From the NCBI RefSeq assembly GCF_002113885.1, contig NW_018405139.1, positions 1,251,572-1,315,571 on the forward strand: a stretch of 64,000 nucleotides of DNA, given 5' to 3'. Position 1 is the stretch's first letter. Each line of letters begins with the position of its first letter. This DNA is from Mizuhopecten yessoensis (lineage: Eukaryota). Positions 12,341 through 24,790 of the stretch are shown piece by piece. A program made the translations under genes and the position numbers. The notes beneath the pieces were generated by a model. That model was given only the letters and a program-made list of their open reading frames with translations. It made no database searches and was not told the DNA's origin.

Positions 12341-13907
12341 ACAGAACGCGGATGAAGTGTGTACGACAGATGTAGCTTGTACAACTTATCATCACCGGGA
12401 AATTTGTCATTTACCATGTCTTTGAAGTGAGAACATAATCTTATTCCTTTGAAAGATAAAACCTGGAGGGATTCCCAATTATTGTTCGGCATTTCACCGC
12501 CACGGACCTTTATCACCCGCCGCATTGTACCCCGATAGCGGGGGTAGATTTTATAATTGAAATATGTGAATTATATTGTTATATCTGGATTTGAAATTAG
12601 ATAATATCGAAGCCTAAAATGATGTATTATCCTTCTCTGGTTGGCTTTACTAGATTTTTATTAGCAATTTAATTGCTTATAAAACGTCTGTGATCAGTTC
12701 CGAACAAAGCACTGATACACAGAAAACGCCACATGGCTTGACGCTAGGCGGCGGCTTCGGATTCCTGAGATTAGCAATGGAACCTAGTCTAAAATTACAT
12801 AAAAATATCGCCCTCTGCATGTACTTGATAATGTCTGATATATAATACACTTAACTTATTTATCTTCTTTTTTTTTCGTTAAACATTTGACTTATACTTC
12901 TATGAGTAATTGCTCAAAAACTTAAAGTAAAAACAGGATTGGAATTTTTATAAGTTTTACTAAAATACGATAAAAGTATATACGTACTTTATATTTCATC
13001 AACCAATTATCGTGCTTTCTAATTTGTATTGTGTCTGGTTGGGTACTCTGGAAACAGCATATGCCCACATATGAACGGTATTAGGAAAAACACCCAACGA
13101 TGGTTTTGATTATCATGTTTAATTTTAGCATTCCTGAAGTTTTTACCCACATTATTTCTACAAACGTATTAATGTTAAGCAATATATATACATTGTTGGA
13201 TGACATCGCGAGGTGTCTAAAGACAACCACCTTTGTCATGTGTACAAATCGAATTTTCAGGAACAAAACATAAAGGATGCTTCATATAATTATTTATATT
13301 TATATGTTTCTCATACTGAAAATCTCCGTATATTTCGCGAGTTACTCATTTTTGCATGAATTTGAGAGGATAATCAGTCACAAGTTCAAATATCTTAGGA
13401 CTACATCATACAAATGATACATCTCTGATATTAAACGATACATGATAAACGGTCGGCGCTTGGGCGTTCCCTATCAGCCAATCTTAGTATGGATATATTG
13501 CAAGGAGTGAAATTTCACCTCAAACTATAAAAACGCCGAAACTATCGATATCTCGTCATCGTTTAGGATATCGACTGACGTCGCCAAACCAACCCTTTGC
13601 AGAGCCTCTGATTATACAATCGAAAAAAGTCATCATTTAGATTGGAGATTTTTTAATCATACCCTAAATGAAGGGATTTATTATTTGTTCTCCCATCCTG
13701 CTATTTCAGTCACAACAAAACCGACAGTAGTCTGGCATTGGTTAACAAAGGTACGTGTGGCGTATTGAATATCGCAATCCATTTCATGACGTCACAAGTT
13801 GGAGTGTGTTATTCAAATAAGAGACTATCTCTCCCGAGGGCGACAAGTTGATCATCTTTCCAGTTAAACGGGAGACACACAGGTGAAGGGTTGAAGAATG
13901 GTAGAAG

Positions 13908-14597
13908 TTATCACTTATGTGTGATGAATATAAAGAAATCTCAACCCGGGTGTAAGAGTTTAAAAGTCTAGCACAAGGCTTCGCCGGGTGCTGAACCTCA
14001 GAAATCTTATCCCGAGGGTTGGGATTTCTGTGTTTGCATAACACAGGAATGAATAATTTTAAAAATGTTCTCCCAAAGATTCCTACAGTAAGGAATAAGT
14101 TATAAACATTCGGGGTAACATTCTGAAATGTCTGGCCCTCGGCAAAGCCTCGGGCTATCACAGTTAGAATCTTAACCCTTGGGTTGAGATTATTTTATGC
14201 CTCAACCCCACAGTAGAAAAAAATATTCTATTACATTTTTCCATAGTATAGTCGGGAATACACATATGAAGTGTGGGGAAAATACTTGTATTATACGCGC
14301 TATTATTTTGAAAACGTCACTATCGCGTCATCACTTTATGCAGCGTGACCAGGGTTTCGTAATCAATGTTAACACATTATCTATGCGCCTTTGATGATAG
14401 CGAAGTGCATTAGATTCACTAATATTTACGATAGGAAAGTGTGAGAGAAAAATACATGTAAAAATCCTGACGTTAAAATCTAAAAAAAAAATCACCCCAG
14501 GGTTGAGATTATTCTGACTACATCACACTGTCACCTGTGTGATAAATTACACACTGTCACATTAGTGATAAATTACACACTGTCACATGTGTGATAA
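13908..14597. mobile_element. Non-autonomous DNA element (MITE-like) with imperfect terminal inverted repeats; right terminal 26 bp triplicated
   Basis: Left end TTATCAC..GTGTGATG..AATCTCAACCCGGGTG mirrors right end CACCCCAGGGTTGAGATT..CATCACAC..GTGATAA. The AATCTYAACCC/GGGTTGRGATT motif repeats internally. Superfamily not assignable by eye. Confidence 0.65.
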
Positions 14598-15214
14598 ATT
14601 ACACATATTTCTCTAATGAAAGACATATCCTCGCAAATAAGTCGTTTAATTTCCTAACGTTCAAATACAATTTAAGAAGGTGCAGATGACCTTATGGGAA
14701 ACTAACTAGTACTAAACTACAGGACACATATTGAATGTATTGCATTCTACGTCATTGTGCACTCCTAATTTATTTACACTTATCTCCATTTTCATTCCTT
14801 ACGTCACATCAATGTCAACTTAGATGCTTATTTTTAAACCTGAGTTTTAATTGAAGTGATATTTGACTAGATATCCCCAGGGGTCTGTAGGCGTATTTTT
14901 CTTTTAGCTACCGTAACGGCGAAACACTCACATATGTAGATCGCGCGAGTGGTCTGTTACACAATCGTATGCTAACCGACCTCCATTTAAGTTTAATCAA
15001 TTCAACAGAATAAATCAGAATACACTTTACAAAGCTGATATTTTAACACAGCGTTTACGCATTCGTGCGAAATGAGTGAAGGAATTTTTCATAAAATATA
15101 AACAATGAAAATGGATAAGAGTTAATACTAAATATTTGTAGATTTTCTATAAGAGGTCTGGAATAACCGATACCGCATTACAGAGGCTCCGATGTCGACA
15201 GCCTAGGGTATAGA

Positions 15215-16405
15215 GACTGTCGATATACCTATGTTTCGTAGTATGCAGTGAGAACATGGTCTGATATACACAGGTTTTGTATTAAACAGTGAGGTTTTGT
15301 ATTAAACAGTGAGATTGCTGTCTGATTTACACATGTTTTGTATGAAAGAGCCATATAGCTGTCGATATACACAAGTTTTGTATTATACAGTGCGAAAGTT
15401 GCCTGATTTACACAGGTTTTGAATTAAACAGTGAGAAAGCTGTCTGATATACACATGTTTGGTATTATACAGTGATATAGCTGTCTGATATACACAGGTT
15501 TTGTATTAAACAGTGAGAAAGCTGTCTGATATACACAGGTTTTGCATTATACAGTGAGATTGCTGTCTAATATACACAGGTTTTGTATTATACAGTGAGA
15601 TAGCTGTCTGATATACACATGTTTTGTATTTTTCAGTAAGAAAGCTGTCTGATATACACAGGTTTTGTATCATACAGTGAGATACCTGTCTGATATACAC
15701 AGGTTTTGTATTATACAGGGATATAGCTGTCTTATATACACAGGTTTTGTATTATTCAGTGAGATAGCTGTCTGATATACAGAGGTTTTGTATTAAACAG
15801 TCAGAAAGCTGTCTGATATATACAGGTTTTGTATTATACAGTGATATAGCTGTCGATATACACAGGTTTTGTATAAAACAGTCAGAAAGCTATCTGATAT
15901 ATACAGGTTTTGTTTAAACAGTCAGAAAGCTGTCTGATATAAACAGGTTTGTATTATACAGTGATATAGCTGTTTTATATACACAGGTTTTGTAATTTAC
16001 AGTGAGATAGCTGTCTGATATACACAGATTTTGCATTATACAGTGAGAAAGCGGTCTGATATACACAGGTTTTGTATTATACAGTGAGATTGTTGTCTAA
16101 TATACACAGGTTTTGTATTATACAGTGAGATAGCTGTCTGATATACACATGTTTTGTATTTTTCAGTAAGAAAGCTGTCTGATATACACAGGTTTTGTAT
16201 TATACAGTGAGATACCTGTCTGATATACACAGGTTTTGTATTATACAGGGAGATAGCTGTCTTATATACACAGGTTTTGTATTATTCAGTGAGATAGCTG
16301 TCTGATATACACAGGTTTTGTATTAAACAGTCAGAAAGCTGTCTGATATATACAGGTTTTGTATTAAACAGTCAGAAAGCTGTCGGATATATACAGGTTT
16401 TGTAT
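15215..16405. repeat. Tandem array, 41-bp unit GCTGTCTGATATACACAGGTTTTGTATTATACAGTGAGATA (~29 copies) with a ~530-bp internal duplication
   Basis: 41-bp period (e.g. 15481 to 15522). Near-identical blocks 530 bp apart give twin ORFs at 15506 and 16036. Confidence 0.96.
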
Positions 16406-17365
16406 AACTGCGTGATATGCAAAGCGAACACATAATTTCGTAGCAGAAGAAAAAAAATACGTTTACTGTTTACTATTGGCAATAGAATATCCGCAGTCGG
16501 CTGTTCTTTCAGATTAACGATATAAAAATAATTATTTTATGAAATAAGTGATAACTATAATGTTTTTTACATGTTTATAAACAACCTAAGTCTATGCGCC
16601 ATCTTTTTCCATATTTTTTTTGCCAAAATTGGTCTAATGTTATTATTTTATTGCTTTTTTGGGTCCAAACTAACTAAGTTGATCAAAAAACAATTTGGAC
16701 GTCGCTTCGCTCGGATAATATCTTGGATCAATGTTTTTATGCATTATACACATGTATGATTATTTGAACAACATTTGGAAAAAAACATGCCACGAAATGT
16801 TTCGACTCGCTACGCTCTAGTATATTGCATTTACATTTGAATTAGTTCGTTACTTTTAAACAAACGGAATTAAATGTTATCATTCTGATATAGGGAATCG
16901 GGTGAGATCGTGTTTGTGAACCGCGGCACAATGATTGCGATGTGTCCATAAATCTGTTATTATAGTGTAATGTGGCGACATTAATGTAATAAAGCGTCCT
17001 TTATTACTTACATGGGTATAAAATGGGCATACGTGGAGAATATAAACAGTACACAACCGTGACTGTGTCCTTAGTTTCTTGCCAAAAATTGCGCTTGTCG
17101 CTTCGCTTCAATGTCTATAGAAATTATAACAATAAAATCCTATAACCTTGGAGCATATATCTAATCATTCCTCACTCTGCTACTATCCTTCTTCACAATA
17201 AACCCCTTCCCTCTCTCCTATTTGTGTAAAAGTTTGATTTTGTTTAGAAAAAAGTAGGACAACGCTACTATATTTAGCTAAAGTAATTAAGTACAACCCT
17301 TGCGTACCGAGGAATATGTCAGAATGTTGCTAGTGTACTGTGAACTACCTCGGTATGTTTTTTCC

Positions 17366-17490
17366 GTTGTTTGTTTGTGGTTTAACGTCCTCGAATCAGC
17401 CAGAGTCATATGAAGACGGGTGCCCAGGGAGACATCGCAGACAAATAAGTGTATAGAAGTGACAGTAGAACATATAGATCTTAGGTATTG
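17366..17490 (-). mobile_element. SINE-like element fragment, same family as 32541-33600
   Basis: (GTTT)n then GGTTTAACGTCCTCG..CAGCCAGAGTCAT..GACGGG, followed by GGGAGACAYCGC, AAATAAG, GAAGTGA and TAGATC, all shared with the 32.5-kb copy. Confidence 0.65.
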
Positions 17491-17687
17491 CAAAACAATG
17501 TAGTCTCTTTAGTGTCCCCTTTATAGAAAAGACGGCGTGTCCCCCTAATCCGTAGGTGTTGGAGTTTATGGGATTGGGGGTTGGGGGATGGAGTCGGGAA
17601 TGGGGGTTTTGTGTGTGCACAATACTTGCCTCGTACGTACGGACAATTTCGTAAGAGCTAACAAATTTGATAAGACACCTCACCCCC

Positions 17688-20600
17688 GAGAACTACGTCA
17701 GTATATATTTAGTATACTGAGATTTACGTCTGTATATATTTGGTGTACTGAGAACTACGTCACTATATGCCTAGTGTACTGAGAACTACGTCAGTATATA
17801 CCTAGTGTACTGAGAACTACGTCTGTATATATCTAGTGTACTGAGAACTACGACAGTATATACCTAGCGTACTGAGAACTACGTCAGTATATACCTAGTG
17901 TACTGAGCACTACGTCAGTATATACATAGTGTACCGAGGACTACGGCAGTATATACATAGTGTACTGAGGACTACGTCAGTATATGCCTAGTGTACTGAG
18001 AACTACGTCAGTATATATCTAGAGTACTGAGAACTACGTCAGTATATACCTAGTGTACTGAGGGCTACGTCAGTATATACCTAGTGTACTGAGAACTATG
18101 TCAGTACATACCTAGTGTACTGAGAACTACGTCAGTATATACTTAGTATACTGATAACTACGTCAGTATATACCTAGTGTACTGAGGACTACGTCAGTGT
18201 ATACATAGGGTACCGAGGACTACGTCAGTATATACCTAGTGTACTGAGGGCTACGTCAGTGTATACATAGTGTACCGAGGACTACGTCAGTATATACCTA
18301 GTGTACTGAGGGCTACGTCAGTGTATACATAGTGTACCGAGGACTACGTCAGTATATACATAGTGTACTGAGGACTACGTCAGTATATGCCTAGTGTACT
18401 GAGAACTACGTCAGTATATACCAAGTGTACTGAGGACTACGTCAGTATATACCTAGTGGACTGAGAACTACGTCAGTATATACCTAGTGTACTGAGGGCT
18501 ACGTCAGTATATACCTAGTGTACTGAGAACTGTGTCAGTATCTACTTAGTATACTGATAACTACGTCAGTCTATACCTAGTGTACTGAGGACTACGTCAG
18601 TATATATCTAGTGTACTGAGGACTACGTCAGTACATACATAGTGTACCGAGGACTACGTTAGTATATACCTAGTGAACTGAGGACTACGGCAGTATATAC
18701 CTAGTGTACCGAGTACTACGTCAGTATATACCTAGTGAACTGAGGACTACGGCAGTATATACCTAGTGTACCGAGTACTACGTCAGTATATACCTAGTGA
18801 ACTGAGGACTACGGCAGTATATTCCTAGTGTACTGAGAACTACGTCAGTATATACCAAGTGTACTGAGGACTACGTCAGTATATACCTAGTGTACTGAGA
18901 ACTATGTCAGTATCTACTTAGTATACTGATAACTACGTCAGTATATACCTAGTGTACTGAGAACTACGTCAGTATATACCTAGTGTACTGAGGACTACGT
19001 CAGTACATACATAGTGTACCGAGGACTACGTTAGTATATACCTAGTGAACTGAGGACTACGGCAGTATATACCTAGTGTACTGAGAACTAAATCAGTATA
19101 TACCTAGTGTACAGAGAACTACGTCAGTGTATACCTAGTGTACTGAGGACTACGTTAGTATATACCTAGTGTACTGAGAACTAGGTCAGTATATACCTAG
19201 TGGACTGAGGACTACGTCAGTACATACATAGTGTACCGAGGACTACGTTAGTATATACCTAGTGTACTGAGGACTCCTAGTGTACTGAGGACTACGTCAG
19301 CACATACATAGTGTACCGAGGACTACGTCAGTATATACCTGGTGAACTGATAACTACGTCAGTATATACCTAGTGTATTGAGGACTACGTCAGTATATAC
19401 CTAGGTATATACCTAGTGTACTGAGGACTACGTCAGTGTATACATAGTGTACCGAGGACTACGTCAGTATATACCTAGAGTACTGAGGACTACGTCAGTA
19501 TATACATAATGTACTGAGGACTACGTCAGTACATACATAGTGTACAGAGGACTACGTTAGTATATACCTAGTGAACTTAGGACTACGGCAGTATATACCT
19601 AGTGTACTGAGAACTAGGTCAGTATATACCTAGTGTACTGAGGACTCCTAGTGTACTGAGGACTACGTCAGTGTATACCTAGTGTACTGAGGACTACGTG
19701 AGTATATACCTAGTGTACTGAGAACTAAATCAGTCTATACCTAGTGTACTGAGAACTACGACAGTATATACCTAGTGTACTGAGGACTACCTCAGTACAC
19801 TAGGTATATACTGAAGTAGTCCTCAGTACACTAGGTATATTCTGACGTAGTCATCAGTTCACCAGGTATATATATACATAGTGTACCGGGGACTACGTCA
19901 GTATATAGCTGGTGAACTGATGACTACGTCAGTATGTACCTAGTGTACTGAGAACTACGTCAGTGTATACCTAGTGTACTGAGGACTACGTGAGTATATA
20001 CCTAGTGTACTGAGAACTCCGTCAGTATATACCTAGTGTACTGATAACTACGTCAGTATATACCTAGTGTACTGAATATACCTAGTGTACTGAGGACTAC
20101 CTCAGTACACTAGGTATATACTGAAGTAGTCCTCAGTACACTAGGTATATTCAGTACACTAGGTATATACTGACGGAGTTCTCAGTACACTAGGTATATA
20201 CTGCCGTAGTCCTCAGTACACTAGGTATACACTGACGTAGTTCTCAGTACACTAGGTAGATACTGTCGTAGTTCTCAGTACACTAGGTATATACTAACGT
20301 AGTCCTCGGTACACTATGTATGTACTGTCGTAGTCCTCAGTACACTAGGTATACACTGACGTAGTTCTCAGTACACTAGCTATGTACTGACGTAGTTCTC
20401 ACTACACTAGGTATATACTGACGTAGTTATCAGTATACTAAGTAGATACTTCTCAGTACACTAGGTATATACTGCCTTAGTCCTCAGTTCACTAGGTATA
20501 TACTAACGTATTCCTCGGTACACTATGTATGTACTGTCGTAGTCCTCAGTACACTAGGTATATTCTGACGTAGTCATCAGTTCACCAGGTATATACTTAC

Positions 20601-22636
20601 GTAGTCCCCGGTACACTATGTATGTACTGCCGTAGTCCTCAGTACACTAGGCATATACTGACGTAGTCATCAGTTCACCAGGTATATACTTACGTAGTCC
20701 CCGGTACACTATGTATGTATATACCTGGTGAACTGATGACTACGTCAGTATATGCCTAGTGTACTGAGGACTACGGCAGTATATATCTAGTGTACTGAGG
20801 ACTACGTCAGTACATACATAGTGTACCGGGGACTACGTCAGTATATACCTGGTGAACTGATGACTACGTCAGTATATACCTAGTGTACTGAGGACTACGT
20901 CAGTATATACCAAGTGTACTGAGGACTACGTCAGTATATACTTAGTGTACTGAGGACTACGGCAGTATATACATAGTGTACTGAGGACTACGCAGTATAT
21001 ATCTAGTGTACTGAGAACTACGTCAGTAAATACCTAGTGTACTGAGGACTACGTCACTATTACCTAGGGTACTGAGAACTAAATCAGTATATACATAGTG
21101 TACTGAGGACTACGTCAGTATATACCTAGGGTACTGAGAACTACGTCAGTATATACCTAGTCTACTGAGAACTACGTCAGTATATACCTAGCGTACTGAG
21201 GACTACGTCAGTATATAACTAGTGGACTGATAACTACGTCAGTATATACCTAGCGTACTGAGGACTACGTCAGTATATAACTAGAGTACTAAGGACTACG
21301 TCAGTATATACCTAGTGTACTGAGGATTACGTCAGTATATACCTAGTGTACTGAGGAGTACGTCAGTATATACCTAGTGTACTGAGGATTACGTCAGTAT
21401 ATACCTAGTGTACTGAGGATTACGTCAGTATATACCTAGTGTACTGAGGAGTACGTCAGTATATACCTAGTGTACTGAGGAGTACGTCAGTATATACCTA
21501 GTGTACTGAGGATTACGTCACTATTACCTAGTGTACTGAGAACTACGTCAGTATATCCCTAGTGTACTGAGGACTACGTCACTATTACCTAGTGTACTGA
21601 GGACTACGTCAGTATACACCTAGTGTACTGAGGACTACGTCAGTATATACTAAGTGTACTGAGAACTACGTCAGTATATACCTAGTCTACTGAGAACTAC
21701 GTCAGTATATACCTAGTCTACTGAGAACTACGTCAGTATATACCTAGCGTACTGAGGACTACGTCAGTATATACCTAGAGTACTGAGGACTACGTCAGTA
21801 TATACCTAGAGTACTGAGGACTACGTCAGTATATACATAGTGTACTGAGGACTACGTCAGTATATACTAAGTGTACTGAGAACTACGTCAGTATATACCA
21901 AGTGTACTGAGGACTACGTCAGTATATACTTAGTGTACTGAGGACTACGGCAGTATATACCTAGTGTACTGAGAACTACGACAGTATATACCTAGTGTAC
22001 TGAGGACTACTTCAGTATATACCTAGTGTACTGAGGACTACTTCAGTATATACCTAGTGTACTGAGGACTACGCCAGTATATACCTAGTGTACTGAGGAC
22101 TACGGCAGTATATACATAGTGTACTGAGGACTACGTCATTATATCCCTAGTGTACTGAGAACTAAATCAGTATAAACATAGTGTACTGAGGACTACGTCA
22201 TTATATCCCTAGTGTACTGAGAACTAAATCAGTATATACCTAGTGTACTGAGAAGTATCTACTTAGTATACTGATAACTACGTCAGTATATACATAGTGT
22301 ACTGAGAACTACGTCAGTTATACCTAGTGTACTGAGAACTATGTAAGTATATATCTAGTGTACTGAGGACTACGTCAGAATATACCTAGTGTACTGAGGA
22401 CTACGTCACTATTACCTAGTGTACTGAGAACTAAATCAGTATATACATAGTGTACTGAGGACTACGTCATTATATACCTAGTGTACTGAGAACTAAATCA
22501 GTATATACATAGTGCACTGAGGACTACGTCAGTATATACCTAGTGTACTGAGAACTAAATCAGTATATACCTAGTGTACTGAGAACTACGTCAGTGTATA
22601 CCTAGTGTAGTGAGAACTTTGCCAGTATATACCAAG
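17688..22636. repeat. Tandem array, 31-bp unit GAG(A/G)ACTACGTCAGTATATACCTAGTGTACT (~160 copies) with two internally inverted segments
   Basis: 31-bp period (17781 to 17812). Reverse-orientation units at ~19790-19870 and ~20100-20720; two decayed outlying units at ~17302-17357. Confidence 0.98.
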
Positions 22637-22739
22637 TTAGGTCGAATCCAAATGACATCATCTTCTTGCATTGAGAAACCACAAGGCACCCTAGCTAGCA
22701 TTAAAAGCATCGACCTTAAAATCACAAATAAATAGCGCA

Positions 22740-23302
22740 CTTCACTTTGAGATCACGATGCTTACCATAAAAATGTATTTTGAAAACCAGTGTCATAAGT
22801 ATTTGTCCGTCGGCAGTCTATATCTTTAACGGAAGTCGTAATATTTATGCCAAACTCTTGCATGCCGAATCGACAGCGACATGTAAACGCAATATGAAGA
22901 TTATACGGATGTTACTATTAAGAAATGGAAAGTTTACGATCGGAAAGACGAAATTGCCCCGCTTATCTTACTGCTCACTAGTCCGTCCCTGTATATGTAA
23001 GTAAAGATCGAGGAAAGGGACGAAGTAGATGAATATGTATTTTCCTTGATTCCAAGCTCAGGAGGGTATAAACGATCGATGTCGTCAATGAGTTTCAGTT
23101 TATTTAAAGACCGCACATCGTCGATATATCGGAATGTAAAGTTGAAGGATTTGGCTAGGTTTTTGTAGCCATTCCTGATAAGCTCATCGACAAAGCCAGT
23201 CTGCAATGAAAACAAAAACAAATCGACAACAAGATGGGCACAGTTTGTTCCCATTGGAAAGCACGCAGTATGCTGGAAAATTTTGCTATACAATTCAATC
23301 AT
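22740..23302 (-). mobile_element. Penelope-like element reverse transcriptase fragment (pseudogenised)
   Basis: PMGTNCAHLVVDLFLF...FNFTFRYIDDV...RLYPPELGIKE in the ORF track continues after a frameshift as DKRGNFVFPIVNFPFLNSNI. These are characteristic PLE RT motifs. Confidence 0.9.
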
Positions 23303-23469
23303 TTGTTAACCAACTCTTACCGACTTGCGTTTAAACACACCTCTCTGCCGTCAATGTTAATGGAATTTATATGATGTGCTGTAGATCATCGGCTCGAAAA
23401 ATAGTTTATCAGTAATCCAACTTTAGAATACTACAGGAAATACTATGCCGAAGGCAACCAGCATCGCAG

Positions 23470-23836
23470 AAAACAGAAGTAGCGAATACCCTAAATGCTG
23501 AATTAAGCAGGAAATAAGTACCATTTTTAAGGATTTGGTATGTCCTGGCCTTGGGAAAGAACCCATTGTCTACCCCATTTCAGCTTACGTTCAAAACTAA
23601 GGCCACATTTGAGATACTGCAAAGCAAGGCACTAGGAAACAAGAAATGCTAATAGGATGCAGAGAGAAAATACAAAGATACAACATGTTGCAATCGAGCC
23701 AGTAGATCAAGTTTGGTTTCTTTTATGTCCCCCCCCCCCCCCCCCCCAATATCAGAAGACACCGAAGAAAACCTCGATTCTGCAGGGGTCCCCACATTAG
23801 TTGGCTCTAACGACCCGCAGTGTGAAACTGCAGGGT
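23470..23836 (-). mobile_element. Decayed SINE head (Meta-type family) with adjoining purine-rich and RTE-like segment
   Basis: TAAATGCTGAA.TAAGCAGG..TACCATTTTTAAGG..TGGTATGTCCTGGCC.GGG aligns with 30868-30945. The segment 23768-23795 resembles 33663-33690. Confidence 0.6.
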
Positions 23837-24790
23837 AGCTGAAGCAATTAATTGACAGCTTCCGTCGATTATCTTCATCATAACGAAGCCATTGACTGCG
23901 TTACACCTTCTATTATTTCAAGAAAGCTAATGTTAGATCATTGTTGAAGAACCTGCACTTGACTATCGCACGTGCCACTATGCTGTGTCATTCCCACTAC
24001 GGGTCAACAAAGACATCACTGCTGCCTTGGATAACAGGTGTAAAGCAGTGAGTGTTATGATTAACATGTCAGCTGCAATCGACATCATTAACTACGACTT
24101 CCTGATTACACTTCTCTACTACAGCTATGGGTGACTGTTGGACTGTTGATTCAGTATACTCGATCCAGACCTACTTGGGTGAACGACAACATTGTTTTGC
24201 AATAGAACCTTCTTCCGCGGTTTTAAAAACAGCAATAGTGGATTTCGGGGTTTCTCAGTGGTTGACGTAGAACCACACACTCCTTCATACAAAAGCACAA
24301 GGACAGACATGTCTTCGTCATAAGTTTGTCTATCACTGGTACGCTGATGAAACACAAATATGCTTAGTAATTTAATCACATGACAGCTGTGATACCATAT
24401 TAGAAAGACTGGAAGCTTGTCTAACAGACACAAGTACCTGGATGAACGCCATTATGCTTAAGCTTGATTAGGAAAAGACATAACCAATCGTCAATCGTCT
24501 CACATACATCAAAGGCTCTCCAGCTAGAGGTTGATGCCAAAACATTCGAAGCAGTCTCGGACGATGAAAAATTTAGGTTATAGTTCCTTAGTCCATTAAA
24601 TATGGAAAACAGTTTAATAGTTATTTAATATGTCTGTTTTCTACCATATGAGGACCATTTGTAATGTAGTTTACCACTACAGATACATACAAAACTTTAT
24701 TACATTTGCGTGTTACCTCTCGTTTGGATTACGGCAAAACCCTGCTCTGTTAAATCTCTGATGCACTAACTAGTCGTCAGCAGCGCATCT
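23837..24790 (+). mobile_element. Highly decayed L2-group LINE RT fragment
   Basis: Broken frames give LRVNKDITAALD..MINMSAAIDIINYDFL (cf. LLDLSAAFDTVDH), YADETQI (cf. YADDTQL), LERLEACLTDTSTWM...LKLD*EKT and VTSRLDYGKTLL (cf. TSRLDYCNSLL). Confidence 0.85.

Noticed and set aside
15506-16230. Twin 64-aa ORFs
   Set aside because: They are products of the 41-bp array and its 530-bp duplication.
1-22636. CRISPR-like appearance of 26-41-bp partly palindromic repeats
   Set aside because: Units are head-to-tail with no unique spacers, no cas genes are present, and the context is eukaryotic.
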